Below, in pieces: positions 48,861 through 62,919 of a stretch of 64,000 bases of DNA. The notes beneath the pieces were generated by a model. It was not told the origin of the DNA and ran no database searches. It worked only from the letters and a program-made list of their open reading frames with translations. This DNA is from Fimicolochytrium jonesii (taxonomy: Eukaryota): assembly GCF_025526975.1 (NCBI RefSeq), contig NW_026515684.1, positions 310,001 through 374,000 of the forward strand. The letters are read 5' to 3'. The number at the start of each line of letters is the position of its first letter. Within the stretch, counting starts at the first letter, position 1. Position numbers and translations under genes: made by a program.

Positions 48861-50232
48861 TTATGAAACCTGCAACTCTATCCCGATCGACCGCCGGGGA
48901 TTCCGTGCAAACTCCGTCATCAAGCCAATACTAAGCAAGGCTCGTCTATACTGGCCTTCCAGTTTCAGTGCCAGGCCCTGATCCATAGTGTCGGAAAGTC
49001 AATATCCGAGACCTTTCACCAAAGAGAGTATGACTTTCAGCAAGACTCACCTCAACCAAGCTAACCCTGGCCTTAACCATCTGACTCCTATCCTTCCTCA
49101 AGTACTCCAACCCGACCGCAAGATCGGCCTCATAGCTGTACACATTGATATCGTAACGTGTTGACATGGTCAGTCCGGACCGGACGGTGGTGGTGTAGCT
49201 GGTGCTGAAGTGGCCCATGATGGGGTTGGCGAGGAATGTTAGGGCGGATCTCACGGCATGTGGTGGATAAGGTGACGTGGATAATGGTGGTTGCCGGGAG
49301 GGAGCGAGGGATTTGTAGCGGGCGCCAAATGAGACTGGGTGATAGAAAGGAAGAGCCATGAGATTTGCATATCCATTTGGGGTGACGAACAAATCAGAAT
49401 ACATACGACCACCGCTTTTCTCCTTGGCGGTATAACACACCTCAGATCCAGCTGCCCACCCAGTGTTCCCAAACCGGAACAACCCGCTGACCCCCAACAC
49501 CTGGTCATCCGACGTCCAACTCAGCCCCGCGTTGTAGGATTCACCTGCATGAAGTAACTGTGCGCTTATCTATCAAAGGTAGATGTGAGTGGAGATGATC
49601 ATGTAGTGTGGACGTTTTCGTTGAATACCTACTGAACTGGCTCCGTTTGGTGCCCGCCGCCAGGAGTTTACACCTGACGCAACAAAATGTGTACGTTGTG
49701 ACAGCGAGCGGATGTACATGGCTTCCAGGCGGAGATCCTCAAAGATTCGGCCGTAAAGGAGATACTTCTTTGTCTCCGTCTCCGCCTTGTCGTGGGTTGA
49801 TATGTCTCGCGCATCAAGATCCAGCGCCACGGCTGCTGCATTTGCAGGCAGTTCATTCCCACCCTCCTCTCTGTTGACCGTCGAAACAACCTTCACCTCC
49901 GTAGTCCCCCTTTCCCTCTCCCTCTCCCTGTCCATGCCCAGCAAGCCCCCCTCCCCATCCCCCTCATTGTCCCCCCACAACGCTCCGACCTCCCCGGCAA
50001 CTGGCAAGCTCGTAAACAAAAACCCTGCGCTCCGTATGTTGGGTATCCCCACGGTATAAGACGCCTTCAATTCCGGCGAGATGCATTTCCCCAGCGTGAC
50101 GCTGAGTCCGCGCGGGACCGGAAAATCGAGGATGCAACGAGAGTCGAGGGTGAGCGACGTGTACGAATCGTCTGGGCGGTAGCGGGTGGCATGGTGGTAG
50201 GTGCGAAGGATATGCGAGAGGTAGTCTATCAT
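48861..50232 (-). CDS. MDM10: Mitochondrial outer-membrane beta-barrel Mdm10, multi-exon
   Basis: MIDYL..DDSY..ILDFPVPRGL, LLYGRIF, NPIMGHFSTSY, RYDINVYSYEADL, C-terminal IGIELQVS. Confidence 0.9.
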
Positions 50233-52061
50233 TTTTCGGTGTGCGTGAATATGGGCGAGGAGGTTTTTGACCGTGGAGGCCAGCGGGATGTCGCCTTTCC
50301 CTAGAGAGCTATGGGGCAGAAGAAGAAGCCGATCGGGACGGGAGGTGAAGGCGAAGGCAGCGGAGGCAACGGCAGCGCAGATGAGGGCAGCGGGAGAGGA
50401 AGCAGCGGCCTTCTCTGTCCGCGTCTGTGAGGCGGTCGTCTGGGGGTCGTCGACTGGGATTGCGGCGTTGGGCAGGCGTTGGGCACGTTGGCGTGGAGGA
50501 ACTCAAGCGCAATGGACATCCCTTTCCAAAACCATTTTTGCGTGTATCCGCGTGCTATATACTGTATGTACAATACATATGCTACATTGCAGTTCGCTTG
50601 TCCTCTTTGCTACCAGCGACATACGGCGGGATGTGTTTTGGCTGCGCAAAGCAACGATAGCCGGAATTCAAAGCACGAAACTTGGCCATGTTCCAACAGC
50701 ATGTGCGCGGTATATATAGCCGACGCCGAAGCTGACAGAGAGAAGGATGCGCAACGACGGGCAGCGAAGGAACAACGGGTCCTAGAAGACCTGCGTGCTC
50801 GTCCACAGCGCCACACCCTCAGCACCCCTGTGTACAGGCCAGAGAGATGTCACCACCAGCAGCAACGGAAGCGCTGGAACTCTACGACTACCCAGCTTGG
50901 GGTAATTCGCGAAGCTACATATAATTGCCGCATAGGGGCAAGCCCATCCGGACCAGCTGAGCTGTATGCGTTCGAATCGCGGGGAGTGGGTTGGATACAT
51001 GACTGCTGAGAATGCGATGGACGCCGAGCAGATTGGGCTACCGATCGACTCAGGGTGGAGACCCAACGCAGGAGCCCGTATACGAGTGAGCCCACTATAG
51101 CAGCCACGTCCCTCAATGGAGAAGACGACCGGTATACGGGCCCCCGCGCCGAACTCCTGCAAGTGCGAGACATCGGGTGTGACTAACTACTTATCATGGG
51201 CCCCACTGGTTCGGGGAAGACGATGGCAGTTATTCTTTCTTGTTGATGTACCTGTGGCCCCAAATCGCTCGCAAGGAGCCCTGAAAACCGCTCGGGATGC
51301 AGATTCTTGCTTCCCAATGGTCCTGCATACCGAGCGGGGTTTCAATGATCGAGGTTGTTATGCACCGCGAACTCACCGCACGGGCTGCACCGGTTCAAAG
51401 CCCTGGTGGTGGATGCAAAATACGACACGTTATCTTCGCTGAGCAATGGAAAAGATCGAAGACTTTCTGAGTGATCTAGACAGAGCTTTGTCTCCGTCTC
51501 TCTCGAGGACCGATCGCTGGACGCCAATAGGCCGAATGTCTAAACCTCACAATAACATCCGCCAACACACACCGTAACGCTTCTTTTACTCGCATGCCCA
51601 TTTGGAGCATTTGCCATACACCCAAATCTTGAGAGAATTGTAGATAAAGATGCATCGAATGCTGGATTCGATAATATGGATTTTGAGCTCGGTTAGCCAA
51701 TCGACCGTCCCGCTGCTGGATGACACGGAACTACAAGAATCGCACAGTCAGAGGCCCGGGGAATACCGTTCATGATTTCCGTGCCCATCGTGATAGAGGC
51801 TGAATTTGCAAGCTACCAACTGCGATACCATTGAGCATCAAGGTGGCCATTACTGTATACATGCATCTGATTTCCGTCGCAATGCGCACACTCTCGAACA
51901 GATATATATATATAGAGAATACGTGTACACGGAGTTTGTTGATACGCAAAAATGATGGTTACGGGGCTGTCTACTTTGTCGTATGATAGAGCTGATTGCT
52001 GGTTGTGTCGATGCAATGCGTAGGAGCCAGGTGACGACTTATGACGCCGACATCTAAAAAT

Positions 52062-52502
52062 CTAGCGAGAAGCCGACGCCTGCTCCTCCTTCTTCTCATC
52101 ACCCTTCCTCTCCTCCTTCTCCTCCTCGTCCTCATCCTCCTCGTCATCGTCATCATCCTCCAATTCAGCCCCATAAATATCCGGGTGATCCCTAAAACAC
52201 TTCTGCATCTCCCTAAACTGCTCCAAACAGTCCGACCCCTTCGGCTCCTCCTTCGAGTACACAAAACACGAGAACGCGGCCTTGAACGAGTCCCCGCACG
52301 GCGGCTTGGTCATGTTCTCGAGACACGGGCAGTCCCAATTTATCTCGCCGGTTTCGGGGTCGTAGGCGTCTTCTTGGGAGGATTCGGTGGCTTTGGCGTC
52401 TATTACGGTGGCGGCGGGGGTGTCGGGGGTGGTGGTGGGAGATGTGGAGGGTTCGTCTTTGTGGTCTGACGACCGTTGTGGTGCGGAGGCGGAGGGCGAC
52501 AT
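52062..52502 (-). CDS. MIA40: Mitochondrial IMS oxidoreductase Mia40
   Basis: [16 protein letters not shown], twin CX9C, EPKGSDC. Confidence 0.95.
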   Translation of the reverse strand: MSPSASAPQRSSDHKDEPSTSPTTTPDTPAATVIDAKATESSQEDAYDPETGEINWDCPCLENMTKPPCGDSFKAAFSCFVYSKEEPKGSDCLEQFREMQKCFRDHPDIYGAELEDDDDDEEDEDEEEKEERKGDEKKEEQASASR

Positions 52503-53668
52503 TGCGATGCGTGGATTCGAGGTGGTAGAGATATGAACGACTTTTTTTTGCGGATCTGAATGTGAGCACTTTCGAATCGGTTCCGCCTGCGACTACGCTA
52601 TATGTCACTATATACACAAAGGGCGTTACCCTGAGGTTCTCGGTCTTTTCTACTTGTAAGTTGTATGTAGTGTGGGGATTGCAAACGTGGACGCTCAGCG
52701 CAGGTGGGAAGTTGAAGCGCAAATTCCGAACGCTCTCGCCCATTACTAATGTTACGTAAGCGCGCAGACCTCATTGGCTGCGTTTGGGCACGGTTTAGAA
52801 ACCACCTTCGACACTGCACATCTGCACATTCTGTGCGAGGACCGCTGCAGCGAGTTCATGGCCCTCGCCAAGTGGTGCTCCGAGCATCGCCTTGGGCTAT
52901 CCCGACGGTGCCCTTTCTAACATATACAACGTCCTTTCCCGTCACGAGAAGTAGCATACTGACATCGAGCAATGCAATCCAACTATGCTCCGTTGCAGCC
53001 TACCCCGTTGATTTGCATGTCACTTGATCTCAATACGCTACTTGAAGTGAACCTCGCGAAACTGAAGCCAAGAGACTCTGATGGTTGCTGTGACAGACTC
53101 CGGTGAATCGAGCTTCAATCAATGTGACCCAGAGCATCCTTCCAAAGTTCTTTAGTCCAGACACGTCCTCGTAGAGCGGATGACATTCACATTCTTCCGT
53201 TTTCGTGCCGAGAGTATCGACGACGTTTCCAAAGTCGACGTGTCATCCAAGCTGTCGCGGCGATGCGTCAAAAGGCCATTGCGGCGATGTATGCACGGAG
53301 CTTAGCATCCGCGACTGAAGTTTGCTTCTTGAGTATGGAGGGAAATGGAGGGACTATTTTGCAGGCAGTCGGAGGAGAACGAAAGCGCAGGGTTGGGCGA
53401 TTATGTAAGCGTGGCGCTTGGGGTGTGACGTTGAATTGGGCGAGGGGACGCCGGCTTGCTGCAAAGGCTGCAACCGTCTTGGTCGGGCATCGGATCTACC
53501 GCATCGGAAAATACCTCAAGCACACACGCAGGCGGGCAAGGTTCGCAGCGCTGCTCAGCAACTGGTAGATACGACTGCTATTCGCCTTCCCGCTTTGCAC
53601 TGTCCTCAAAGGCTTGCTGTTTCAGACATCACCCGCTCGGAGCCATTTCACACACTACGAACATCAAA

Positions 53669-54370
53669 ATGGGTCTGAACAACTTTGCAATCACGGCAGC
53701 CGTAGTTACCGGTGTTGCCGCCGTCGGATACCTCGTGTACTTTGACCAGAAGAGGCACAACGACCCCGCCTTCAGGAGGAAGCTGAGTACGTAGAAAGGA
53801 TGTTTTTCTCCCTACCGAAGTGGACGAAAGATCTACGGTTGGGTGGGAACCCTAGCGGTGGTTGCACATTGTTGACAACGCCTACGTCGTTTACAGGGAA
53901 ACAGAGGAAGGCTGCAGAGCAAGCAAAGAGGGCCAATGCTCACTCGGCGCCGAAGGCACCAAAAGAACAAAGCTTTGCAAGCATGGGAGGGGGTTTGAAC
54001 TTGGACGAGCCCATTCCATCGGACCCCCAAGAGCGGGGAGAGTTCTTCGTGAAGCACCTGCAGATGGGTGAAGCTCTTGTGCAAAGAGGTGAGTTTGAAG
54101 CGAGAAATAAGTCAATGACGTTCGTCAATCGCTCACACACACCTATGTGACCATCCAGGCCCACAAATGCACGTTGCGGCAGCAAAATGCCTTTTCCGCG
54201 CGCTCCAAGCCTACGGCGAGCCCATGAACCTCCTAATGGTCCTCCAACAAACCGTGCCTGAACCCGTCATGAGCCTGATCATGGAGATGTATGCCGCGGA
54301 AGTAAGTGCGGAAGGGCTTGGCGGGCCTCAACGGACAGGCCCGACGTTGGAGGAGGTCGACATAGAGTAA
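53669..54370 (+). CDS. TOM20: Mitochondrial import receptor Tom20 (short isoform), 3 exons
   Basis: Transmembrane anchor then GYLVYFDQKRHNDPAFRRKL, FFVKHLQMGEAL, FRALQAYGEPMNLLMVLQQTVP. Confidence 0.92.
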
Positions 54371-54690
54371 AACGAGAAGCGAGGTAGACATAGTCTTACC
54401 CCGGGGGAATACGATCGAAACATCCCCCGACTCCGTGATGCGCATTATTTAAGGAAGGAGTTTGGTTTAGTTACGTAGTGACTGGATCAGAAGCTTCGCT
54501 TCGCACGGCGTATCACTTTGTACATGTTCCCTCTGCAATGCACCTGTATTCAAATAAACAATCTTGCAAATCAGTCAAATCTAACTCAATGCCTTTTTCT
54601 CGTTCTTCTTCCGTCCCCACTCTCTTTTACGTCTATGGTTCATCTCGCATCTATTCTTTGGCTACATTACGATCGCCCTCATCATCTCAG

Positions 54691-56130
54691 ATCAAGAAAA
54701 CGCAAGCTGAATGTAAGTCCTTGGCCCGCAGATAGCAGCCAGATATGTGATCTTTGACTGACGACCTCGCATCCACAAACACCTAGACTTCCAAAACTAC
54801 CCCGACCCGAAAGAAAACGTCCAAATTAAGGAAGTCACCATGTCCACCACCGAGTCCGGAAAGAAAATCATCAGGCGAGGTCTCACAGTGACCAAGGACG
54901 TGAAATCCGGCGAGGAGATCTTCCGTGTACAGCCGATCGTATCACATTGCGAGGTATCGTTAAACTAAATCGCAACCCTGCCGAAACCCCAGCGAAGTCC
55001 TCATCTATAACTCTCCGTTTGAACCACAGCTCGACGACCACTGCGCCCACTGCACCCTCCCCCTCCCGCCCACCCCCACCGCCTGCCCCAAATGCGCCAC
55101 CGCCCGCTACTGCACCCCCACCTGCCTCTCCACCGCTCACGACGAGTACCACGGCTTCCTCTGCCCCGGCGACGATACAACGGGTCCGGCCGCACAGGAG
55201 TTCTTGGAGTATTGCAGGGAGAGGAATGTAGTTGTGCCGGTTCTGGTTGCCAAATTTTTGAGCAGGATGGTGTTTGAGGAGCAGGTTAAGCCGCAGAGGG
55301 ACCCTGAAGCGACGAGGGCGAAGTATACCGCTTGGGGTGAGGGACCACGATGAGGTTTTCTTCGGAATCGGCGATGTACTTACTCTCCTTCCCCCCGCCC
55401 CGCTTCCGTGGGGCAATTCCGTTCCGTTGCAGATCACTTGGAACGCCTCTTCGATCTGAAACTCAAACCGTCCGACGCCGAGACAAAGGAAGTCGAACTC
55501 CTGCAAAAGATCATCGCGCCCAAAACCCCCGGTTTCGACGAATGTAAACAGTCGCTCGCTGTTCTCACAGATATCTCCTCCGCCCACATCTTGACTAACC
55601 GACATTTCCGTCCCCCACACACAGTCCTCACCCCGGAACGCTACACCGTCATCAAATCCAAACTCGCCTACAACGCCTACTCCATCCACACCCCCTCCGT
55701 TCCCTCGCTCACCACCCCTCTCGTGCCCGCAGAACACCTCCGCACATCCCACCCGCCCACAACCCGCACCGGCACCGGCCTCTACCAAACCCCGGCATTC
55801 ATCTCCCACTCCTGCGCACCCAACGCGGAACTCGTGTTCCCCGGTGCGGACCGTGAGGCGGCGCTGGTGGCGCTGAGGGATGTGCGAGTGGGTGAGGAGG
55901 TGTTTGTGAGCTGGATTGAGGCCGGGGAGGAGAGGACGGGTGAGAGGAGGAAGGGGTTGAAGAAATATGTGAGTATCCCGTTTGTGGGTGTTCGGAGAGG
56001 GGGGCCCGACTGGTGAGGGGTGGTTTCTGAAGAGTGGGGATTCTGATGTCGTTTTTTTCTTTCTTTTCTTTTGTAGTACGCGTTCCACTGTAAATGCACG
56101 AAATGTGCGCCGGCGGCCACCACCGCTTGA
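54691..56130 (+). CDS. SET/MYND (SMYD-like) lysine methyltransferase module, probably spliced to TOM20
   Basis: RGLTVTKDVKSGEEIF, MYND CAHC..CPKC..YCTPTC..H..C, AFISHSCAPNA, ALRDVRVGEEVFVSW, post-SET FHCKCTKC. Confidence 0.85.
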
Positions 56131-56397
56131 AGCAAGCGAATGAAAAGCTCCCGTCTAGCATTCTTCCAGAAATCGGTAGCAGCCTCATCCCCCCTCACAT
56201 CATATGTTCCCGGCATCCCCACCCACATATCTATTTTTCAAACCGTCACGTACATCTAGTATCAACCCCCCCATATCCACAATGTCTCCCACTTTGTCTA
56301 GCATTAACGTTATGTCCCCACACTTTCTATATATTGTATTATCAATCCATCGTCCACTGCCCAACACCAGACGAGATGAGCTGAATTGTAAAAGACG

Positions 56398-59300
56398 TTA
56401 TGTCCCCCGAGGCGTCCCAGGATCTCCGGGGTGCTGCTCCCGAAACATCTTCCCAAGGAGGGCCATCAGCTCGCGTTGGCGGAGGTGCGGGTTGGCTGTT
56501 TTCACAGTCGCAAAGTTCTCCTGTCCACAGCGAAAAACCTCGTGCGTTAACAACCCCCCGGGTAGTATACACCCCCAAAAGCCCCCACCCACGCATCCAT
56601 TACCTTGACAAACAACGCAAACCGATTCATCTTGAACGGCGTCCCATCCTTCTTCAGCCTCGGCGACCCGGCCGCGGAGGCAGCAGCAGCATCGCCCTCC
56701 ATCTCCAACCGCCCGCCGCACCCGCCACACGCCTGCGTCTCCGTGTTGATCGATCGACTATGTCGGCCGTACCTGCACAGAAAGCCGCACCCGGCTAAGT
56801 CACCATACCCCCCCGGGATACATGACTGACAACCACATACCGGACGCCACACCGCACACACCGCCAATGGAACCGGTACGCAATGTCGTAGGAGTGGCAG
56901 GTCTGGCACACAATGTCCGGGTACGCTTCCTCTGCGCGGCGGCCCCAGTGCCTGAACTCGGGGCCGTGGGGCGGCCTGCTCGTGTGGTTGAGCAGCCATT
57001 GGGCCGCGTGGCAGAGCTCGTGCATCAGCGTGTTGCGGAGCTTGGCTTGACGATCCCCCAAAACCATCACGGTCATCATCGAAGGTCGGATGTTGGGAAT
57101 ATGAGGCAAAGGAAAAAAACGTACCCAGATCGTCAACAACCTTAACCGACAACTCCACCCGCGCGGAATACACCGTCGCGCCCCCGACCAGCCGCTTCTC
57201 CTGGAAACAGCGGCCCGCCGTCTTCGTGAGGCGTTTGGACCAGGTGACGGACATGTCGGGGGGTAATTGGGCCCCGAAAACCGTCTTGTTGAATTCTTGG
57301 TACAGCGCTGTTGTCAGCGCGGCGCGTTTGCGGGCGAAGGTTGTTGACGGGGTTGGCGCGGCTGTTGAGGGAGTGAGGTTAGCTGGGAGGGGGGGGGGGG
57401 GGGGGGGGGGGGGGAGGTGAGAGACAGCGGCGGGGGCATTGGGGAGCAGAGGTGGGGGTTTTGCCTTACTGGGGGTGTTGAGGGTGGCGAGCGGCCGTCG
57501 TGTGGGCGTAGCGGGCGGCACGATATCCCACAACGACTCGCGGACGTTTTTTCTCGGTATCGGTTTTGTGGGTGTTCCTTCACTAAAGCAAAAAACCCAA
57601 TTCCGCATCAGCTCGGTTACTCTGCCTGCCCGCGCCGCGCCATCGTTGGTGGGAAAGATGGCCCTTACAATACAATGACGCCCCGCAGACTATCGTCATC
57701 GTCATCTTCGTCCGCTTCCTCTTCCTCGTCGGTAACGGCCACAACCTCCGTCTGTGGTGTATTGATATGAATTGATCCCATCAGTTTTTCGAGGTCGTCC
57801 ATGGCCGTCGGATCCGGTCCGGCCGCGTTGGGTGGGACGGCAAGCGATGGCAGCGCACGTGTAAGGTGCTGCTGCCCTATCGTTCCCTGCAGCGACGGGG
57901 CTGTCCGCGCATCGCGCCCGGCGGGCACCGCCGCAGATGGATAGGAAACCCGCGCCGAGTCGTCCATTGCGACCTTCCAACGCGCTTCATCGCCCGCATC
58001 CCCTGCTACGCTCTCATTCTCGCCCAGCTCCCTCGCCTCCCCCCGCCCCCCCAACGGCGACCCGACCCCCGTCTCAAACTCCTCCCTCTCCAACATAAAC
58101 GACACCCCGCCCCCACCAATCGGCGAAATCTCCCCCAACGTCGCATCCATGCACATAAACGACTCTCTCCTCACACCCCCCTCATCCCGCGTCGGTAATG
58201 TATCCGCGGCCGGTGGGGATGCAGGTTTATGCGTGGGTGTAAAGGTCTCGCCACGCAAAGGCGATACGGCGCGGATGGATTGGCGGAACGAGTGGAGGAC
58301 GCTGGTGGCGGCGAGCGAGGAGTCGAGGTCTGAGCGACGGTGTTTGCGGCGGCGGACGCTTACGAAGCCTGCGAAAAAAACACAGAAAAAAGAATATGAC
58401 CCCACCCATGAATCGGATATCAGGGTTCAGTTTGCGCTACCGCTCGGGCTGACGGGTGGAACCATACCTTGCGATCCAGCGACCGTTTTGAGCGGCGTGC
58501 TGATCCGCACATTCCGGGGGATCAGCGTCTCCATCCCGTCACTGTCGAACGGGTCGGATGAGTGCGATCTCGTGGGGCTTTGTATGACATCTGCGGCGGG
58601 CTCTCGGCAGTCATCCGGGACATGAGGCGGTAATTGCACGCGCATGGCATTAAAGTGGTCGGCGAGGGTGTCGAGAGGGTCGGTGATGGTCGCGTTTTTG
58701 GAGGCGCCATGTGTTTGGGTGGGTGGTGATGCCGGGCTGTGGGAGCGGTCAGAGAGCGAATAGTACTCTGATGAGACTGGCGACAATGACTCCAGCGACG
58801 TCCTACCCCCCCGGTGGTGGGTCCGCGGACGAGGGTCGGTCAAGGGTCCTGGTGAGGTGTCCGGAGACCGTGCTGGTGCGTCCAGTCTTGGCGGTACGTC
58901 GTCTACGTCCCATGGATCGGGGTACAGCCGTCCTTCGGCGGGTGCGATCGGCGGGGTTGATGGGACGGGGATTGGGGGGTTTTTGGGAGGTGGGTGTGCG
59001 GATTGTGACTGAGGGTTTGCGTTGTTCGCCTGTGATGCCGCGACGTCCGATGCGTCGTCGGAGGAGAGGATCTCGATCACTTCAATCGACGCAGCTTTCG
59101 TGCATATCCGCGTCGCACTCGCTCTCCTGGCTTCCTTGCCGCCGACATCCGCCCCACCACCCCCATCCCCCCCACTCTCCTCACTCTCCGAATCAACAAC
59201 CCTCGTCTTCCGGCCCCGTCTCCGCACCCGCGGCCGCATCTCCTCCTCCCCATCATCGCTCCCCGCTTGCCCGCCAACCCCACGTCCGGCGGCCGTATCC

Positions 59301-59788
59301 TCGATCTCCGTCAAGTCCAAAAACACGATATCCCTCTCACCAGCGGCGTGTTTCGCATTTCCACCCCGCCAGCTATGGGGAACGGGACGGGCGGTTGTGG
59401 GCTTCAGGCGGCGTCGGGGGGTGGGTGTCGGTGCTGTGTTTTCTTTTTGAGGCTGGTGGGGGGATGGTGGTGAGGGTGACACCCGGCGAGGATGGGACGG
59501 AGCGGGGTTGTGCGCCCGTTTCGGGACCTGCAAGTTTTTTCTTATCAGCTCGAACATGGAGACTACAGGAGCTGTGAGGGAGTTGCGCTGTCGTGAACTC
59601 ACCTGCTGTCCCCGACGAGTCGATCGTGGCGTCTCCGCTGGTGATGGACTCGCTGGCGGGTCGGCCTGAGTCATGGTGGCGAAGAAGGCGTCCCAGGCGG
59701 CAGCGGCCTCTTTTGCCTGGATGTGGGCTGGTTTCTTCATTTGTGCGTCTGCTCGGCGTGAGGGATGCGGCACCTGCGCTGGCGGCAA
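56398..59788 (-). CDS. SprT-like zinc metalloprotease with long disordered N-terminus (GCNA/ACRC-like), multi-exon
   Basis: FNKTVFG..VTWSKRLTKTAG, VELSVKVVD, NTLMHELCH, PHGPEF, CHSYDIAY, CxxC..GRHSRS..CxxC, HMG-like FALFVK|ENF; start approximate. Confidence 0.85.
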
Positions 59789-60021
59789 GCGATCTTAGGG
59801 CCTTCTGTCCGAGACCGAGCGAGAAAGCCCTTGGGCGCTTTGGGAGTCTTTGGGCCTTCCACGCGTCGCCCTCCGCCTTTCCGCACGCGCAACATTCCAC
59901 AAAGAGAGGCACATAGATACACAGACAGACAGTCGCCTCGCCCCTACATGCATACTCCTACTCCATATCTACCCTACCCTTGCCCTACCCACCCCCATCC
60001 GCATCCCTCACTCTCCACCCC

Positions 60022-61905
60022 TTATCCCAAATACTTCGCAAAAGCCAAGCAAGCATTCGTCCCCCCAAACCCAAAACTATTCGTCAACGCCGCCCGCACC
60101 CCTCCCTCCTTGGTCACCCTCCGCGCCTCAAGCGGCACATAGTCGAGGGAAAACTCTTCCGCTGGGGACGCATTGTGGAGGTTGAGTGTGGGTGGGAGGA
60201 TGTTCTGATGAGGAGGATACACAGCGGGGTTAGTGAGTAAGACGGGGGTGGCGATGATGCAGGGGACGCCGAGGAGAGGAAGGGAAATACGCACGTGGTG
60301 GATGGCGAGAATGGTAAAGATGGCCTCGACGGCGCCCGCGGCACCCAACAGGTGTCCGATCGCGCTTTTGGTGGATGAAACGGCGAGGTTGGCGGCATGG
60401 GGTCCAAACACGCTCTTGATCGCTCTCGTTTCCGCCAGATCCCCTGTTTGATTCAAGAAGATCAGGAACGTGGCCAGAGTCCCCCCCACACACACAGTGA
60501 GGTTACAAATAACAAGCCCCCCATAAGAGAAAGAGCCTTACCCAACCCGGTACTAGTAGCATGCGCATTGACATAATCCACCTCCTCCCTCCTCATCCCC
60601 GCCGTCTCCAACGCCCTGCACATCGCTCTCGCCGCGCCATTGCCGTCCTCGGGGGGTGCAGTGATATGGAACGCGTCGCCGGAGAGGCCGTACCCGCGCA
60701 TCTCGGCGTAGATGCGGGCGTTACGCTTGGTAGCGTGCTCGAGGGATTCGAGGACGACGCAGCCGGCGCCTTCGCCGATGACGAACCCGTCGCGGTGGGA
60801 GTCGAAGGGGCGGGAGGCGGAGGGGGGGTCGTGGTTGTACTTTGTAGAGAGAGCGCGGGATCTATTTGGCGTGGAATGATTTAGAAATGAAGACGGCTCG
60901 TTCTTGTGGTGAAGTTGGGGTGAACGACCCGACCCTGCGCGGATACGTACTTGGCGAATCCAGCCATAGCCAACGGCGAGACACTTGCCTCCGCCCCACC
61001 CGCAACCATCACATCCGCGTCCCCATACTGGATAAACCGCATCGCGTCGCCTATGGAGTGCGCGCCCGTCGTGCAGGCTGTTGATGCAGCGTGATTAGGT
61101 CCCTTAGAAAAGACATAAGATGTCTTGTATGTCTAATGAATGAGAGCAAGGGAAGGGTGAACAAACCTGAAGCCCGTGTTTCATGCTGATATGGCCCGCG
61201 GCGAGGTTGATGAGGATTTTGGGAACAAAGTAGGGCGATATCTTTTTCAATCCCTGTTTTCCGTAACACTCCAAATATCAGCAATCATTCCCACCCACCC
61301 AAGAATGGTCGCAACTCACTCACACTCTCTGAAAACGACGCCGCCGTCGCAGCGATATCCTCCAGACACCCAATCCCGGACCCGAAACACACCCCTGTCC
61401 GTTCCTTGTCACGCGCTGTCCTCGTTTCCCAGCCCGCGTCGGTGAGTGCCTGTTGTGCCACGCTTGATGCGTAGTGCATGAACGGTGCCATGTTCCGCGA
61501 TTCCTATTGGGATACACGAACGGAACGAAGCGATGATTGAGCGGATGGTTGAAAACGATACCCAACGACGAGGATGTTGGGGCTGGTGTGATCCGCAATG
61601 CTATTCCCACCGCACCTCCGGCGCGATTGTCCTCGCTCGATACCCACCGCTTTCGTCAACCACTCCTCGACCCTGAAAACCCCGACGTCCTCCTCACCCC
61701 GCACGCCGCCCGGCTTCGGCACCAACGCAGCGACCTGCGACGGGATCCCGTTATAGGTCGTCCCGGTCTCCGGGTGTATGCGGCCGTTTAGGGACACGAT
61801 GCCGGAGTGGGCAGCAATGAGGCGCTCCCAGGAGTGGGCGACACCCGTGCCGAGAGGGGTGACGAGGCCGAGGCCTGTTACTACTACGCGGCGGTGGGGG
61901 GACAT
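60022..61905 (-). CDS. CEM1: Mitochondrial beta-ketoacyl-ACP synthase, multi-exon
   Basis: [65 protein letters not shown]. Confidence 0.95.
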
Positions 61906-62919
61906 GTTGTGGGGGTGGTTGGGTGTGCCGGGTGGATTTGTTGCCGACGGAGTGGAGCTGTCCCGCTGCATGCATGTGCTTGCTTGAAGCAAGCAAGCGG
62001 AACATGGGGGACGACGCGTTCGGGTGGGAGCCACTCCCCTCGCCCCCCTCTCGTTACTCTTGCGATCTGGCTTCCCCACCTCATGATGAATCAGTCTATG
62101 CAGATGGAAATCCCTCACGGGCTCTGGCCCACAGGCTCTCCCTGCATCACACAATGGTCACTACAGCATCAGATGGAGGGGAAAAGGTCTTCACGGGAGG
62201 AGGAGGAAATCGTTTGTCGCGTCCTCACACCTCCGACGCTTAAAGGACGTCCCAAACCCCACCCGATGAGCGCGACCCTCGGCGGCGATTCTGACCACCA
62301 CCCGTTTTGCCAGTACCAGAAAGGGGAACGAAAGCACCGCCCATCACCGCCATGAACATGTAGGTATCGATTGCCAACTGATAAATCGGGTGGCTTCAAG
62401 ATCGGAAAAAAATTGCCAAAGGGTGGGCCGCAATGAGCAATCTCGGGCACTCTTTGGTGATGCATGCTTACCGTACTGTACGTTTTGTTTGCCTGACCTG
62501 GTCGTCATGATTCCCTACCAACCTCCGGGGACTTGATCCCAAATCCACCGCGAAAGGACTAGAGCTTCGTTATGGAGCCGTGGGGCAGTGATGCGAAATG
62601 ACCGGCGGTGTAATGACCGGCAAGATAACCGACTCTATCCAGCTGCATTGAACCAAGACTTCCCTTTGTGGAAAAGGTGCGGGATTGCTCGCCAGATTCA
62701 ATGTCGTTGTGAGTCACGCACGACGCGACCCCCTGCTGACGTGATCCGACCTGTTTGACGGGGCGGTGGGTTGTCGAATTCACCTTCGCCCCAAACCCCC
62801 ATCCGAGTTCCCCTTTCAGAGCATCGGATGACGGGGAAAAGCTAGCTCCAATTCAGAACCTCACCCACTTCACTCAAAAAAAAACGGTCAAAGCGCCCCC
62901 CCCCCCCCGCTCCCCAACG

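Noticed and set aside
50700..51800. Possible decayed gene between MDM10 and MIA40
   Set aside because: Short ORFs with no recognisable motif or consistent frame
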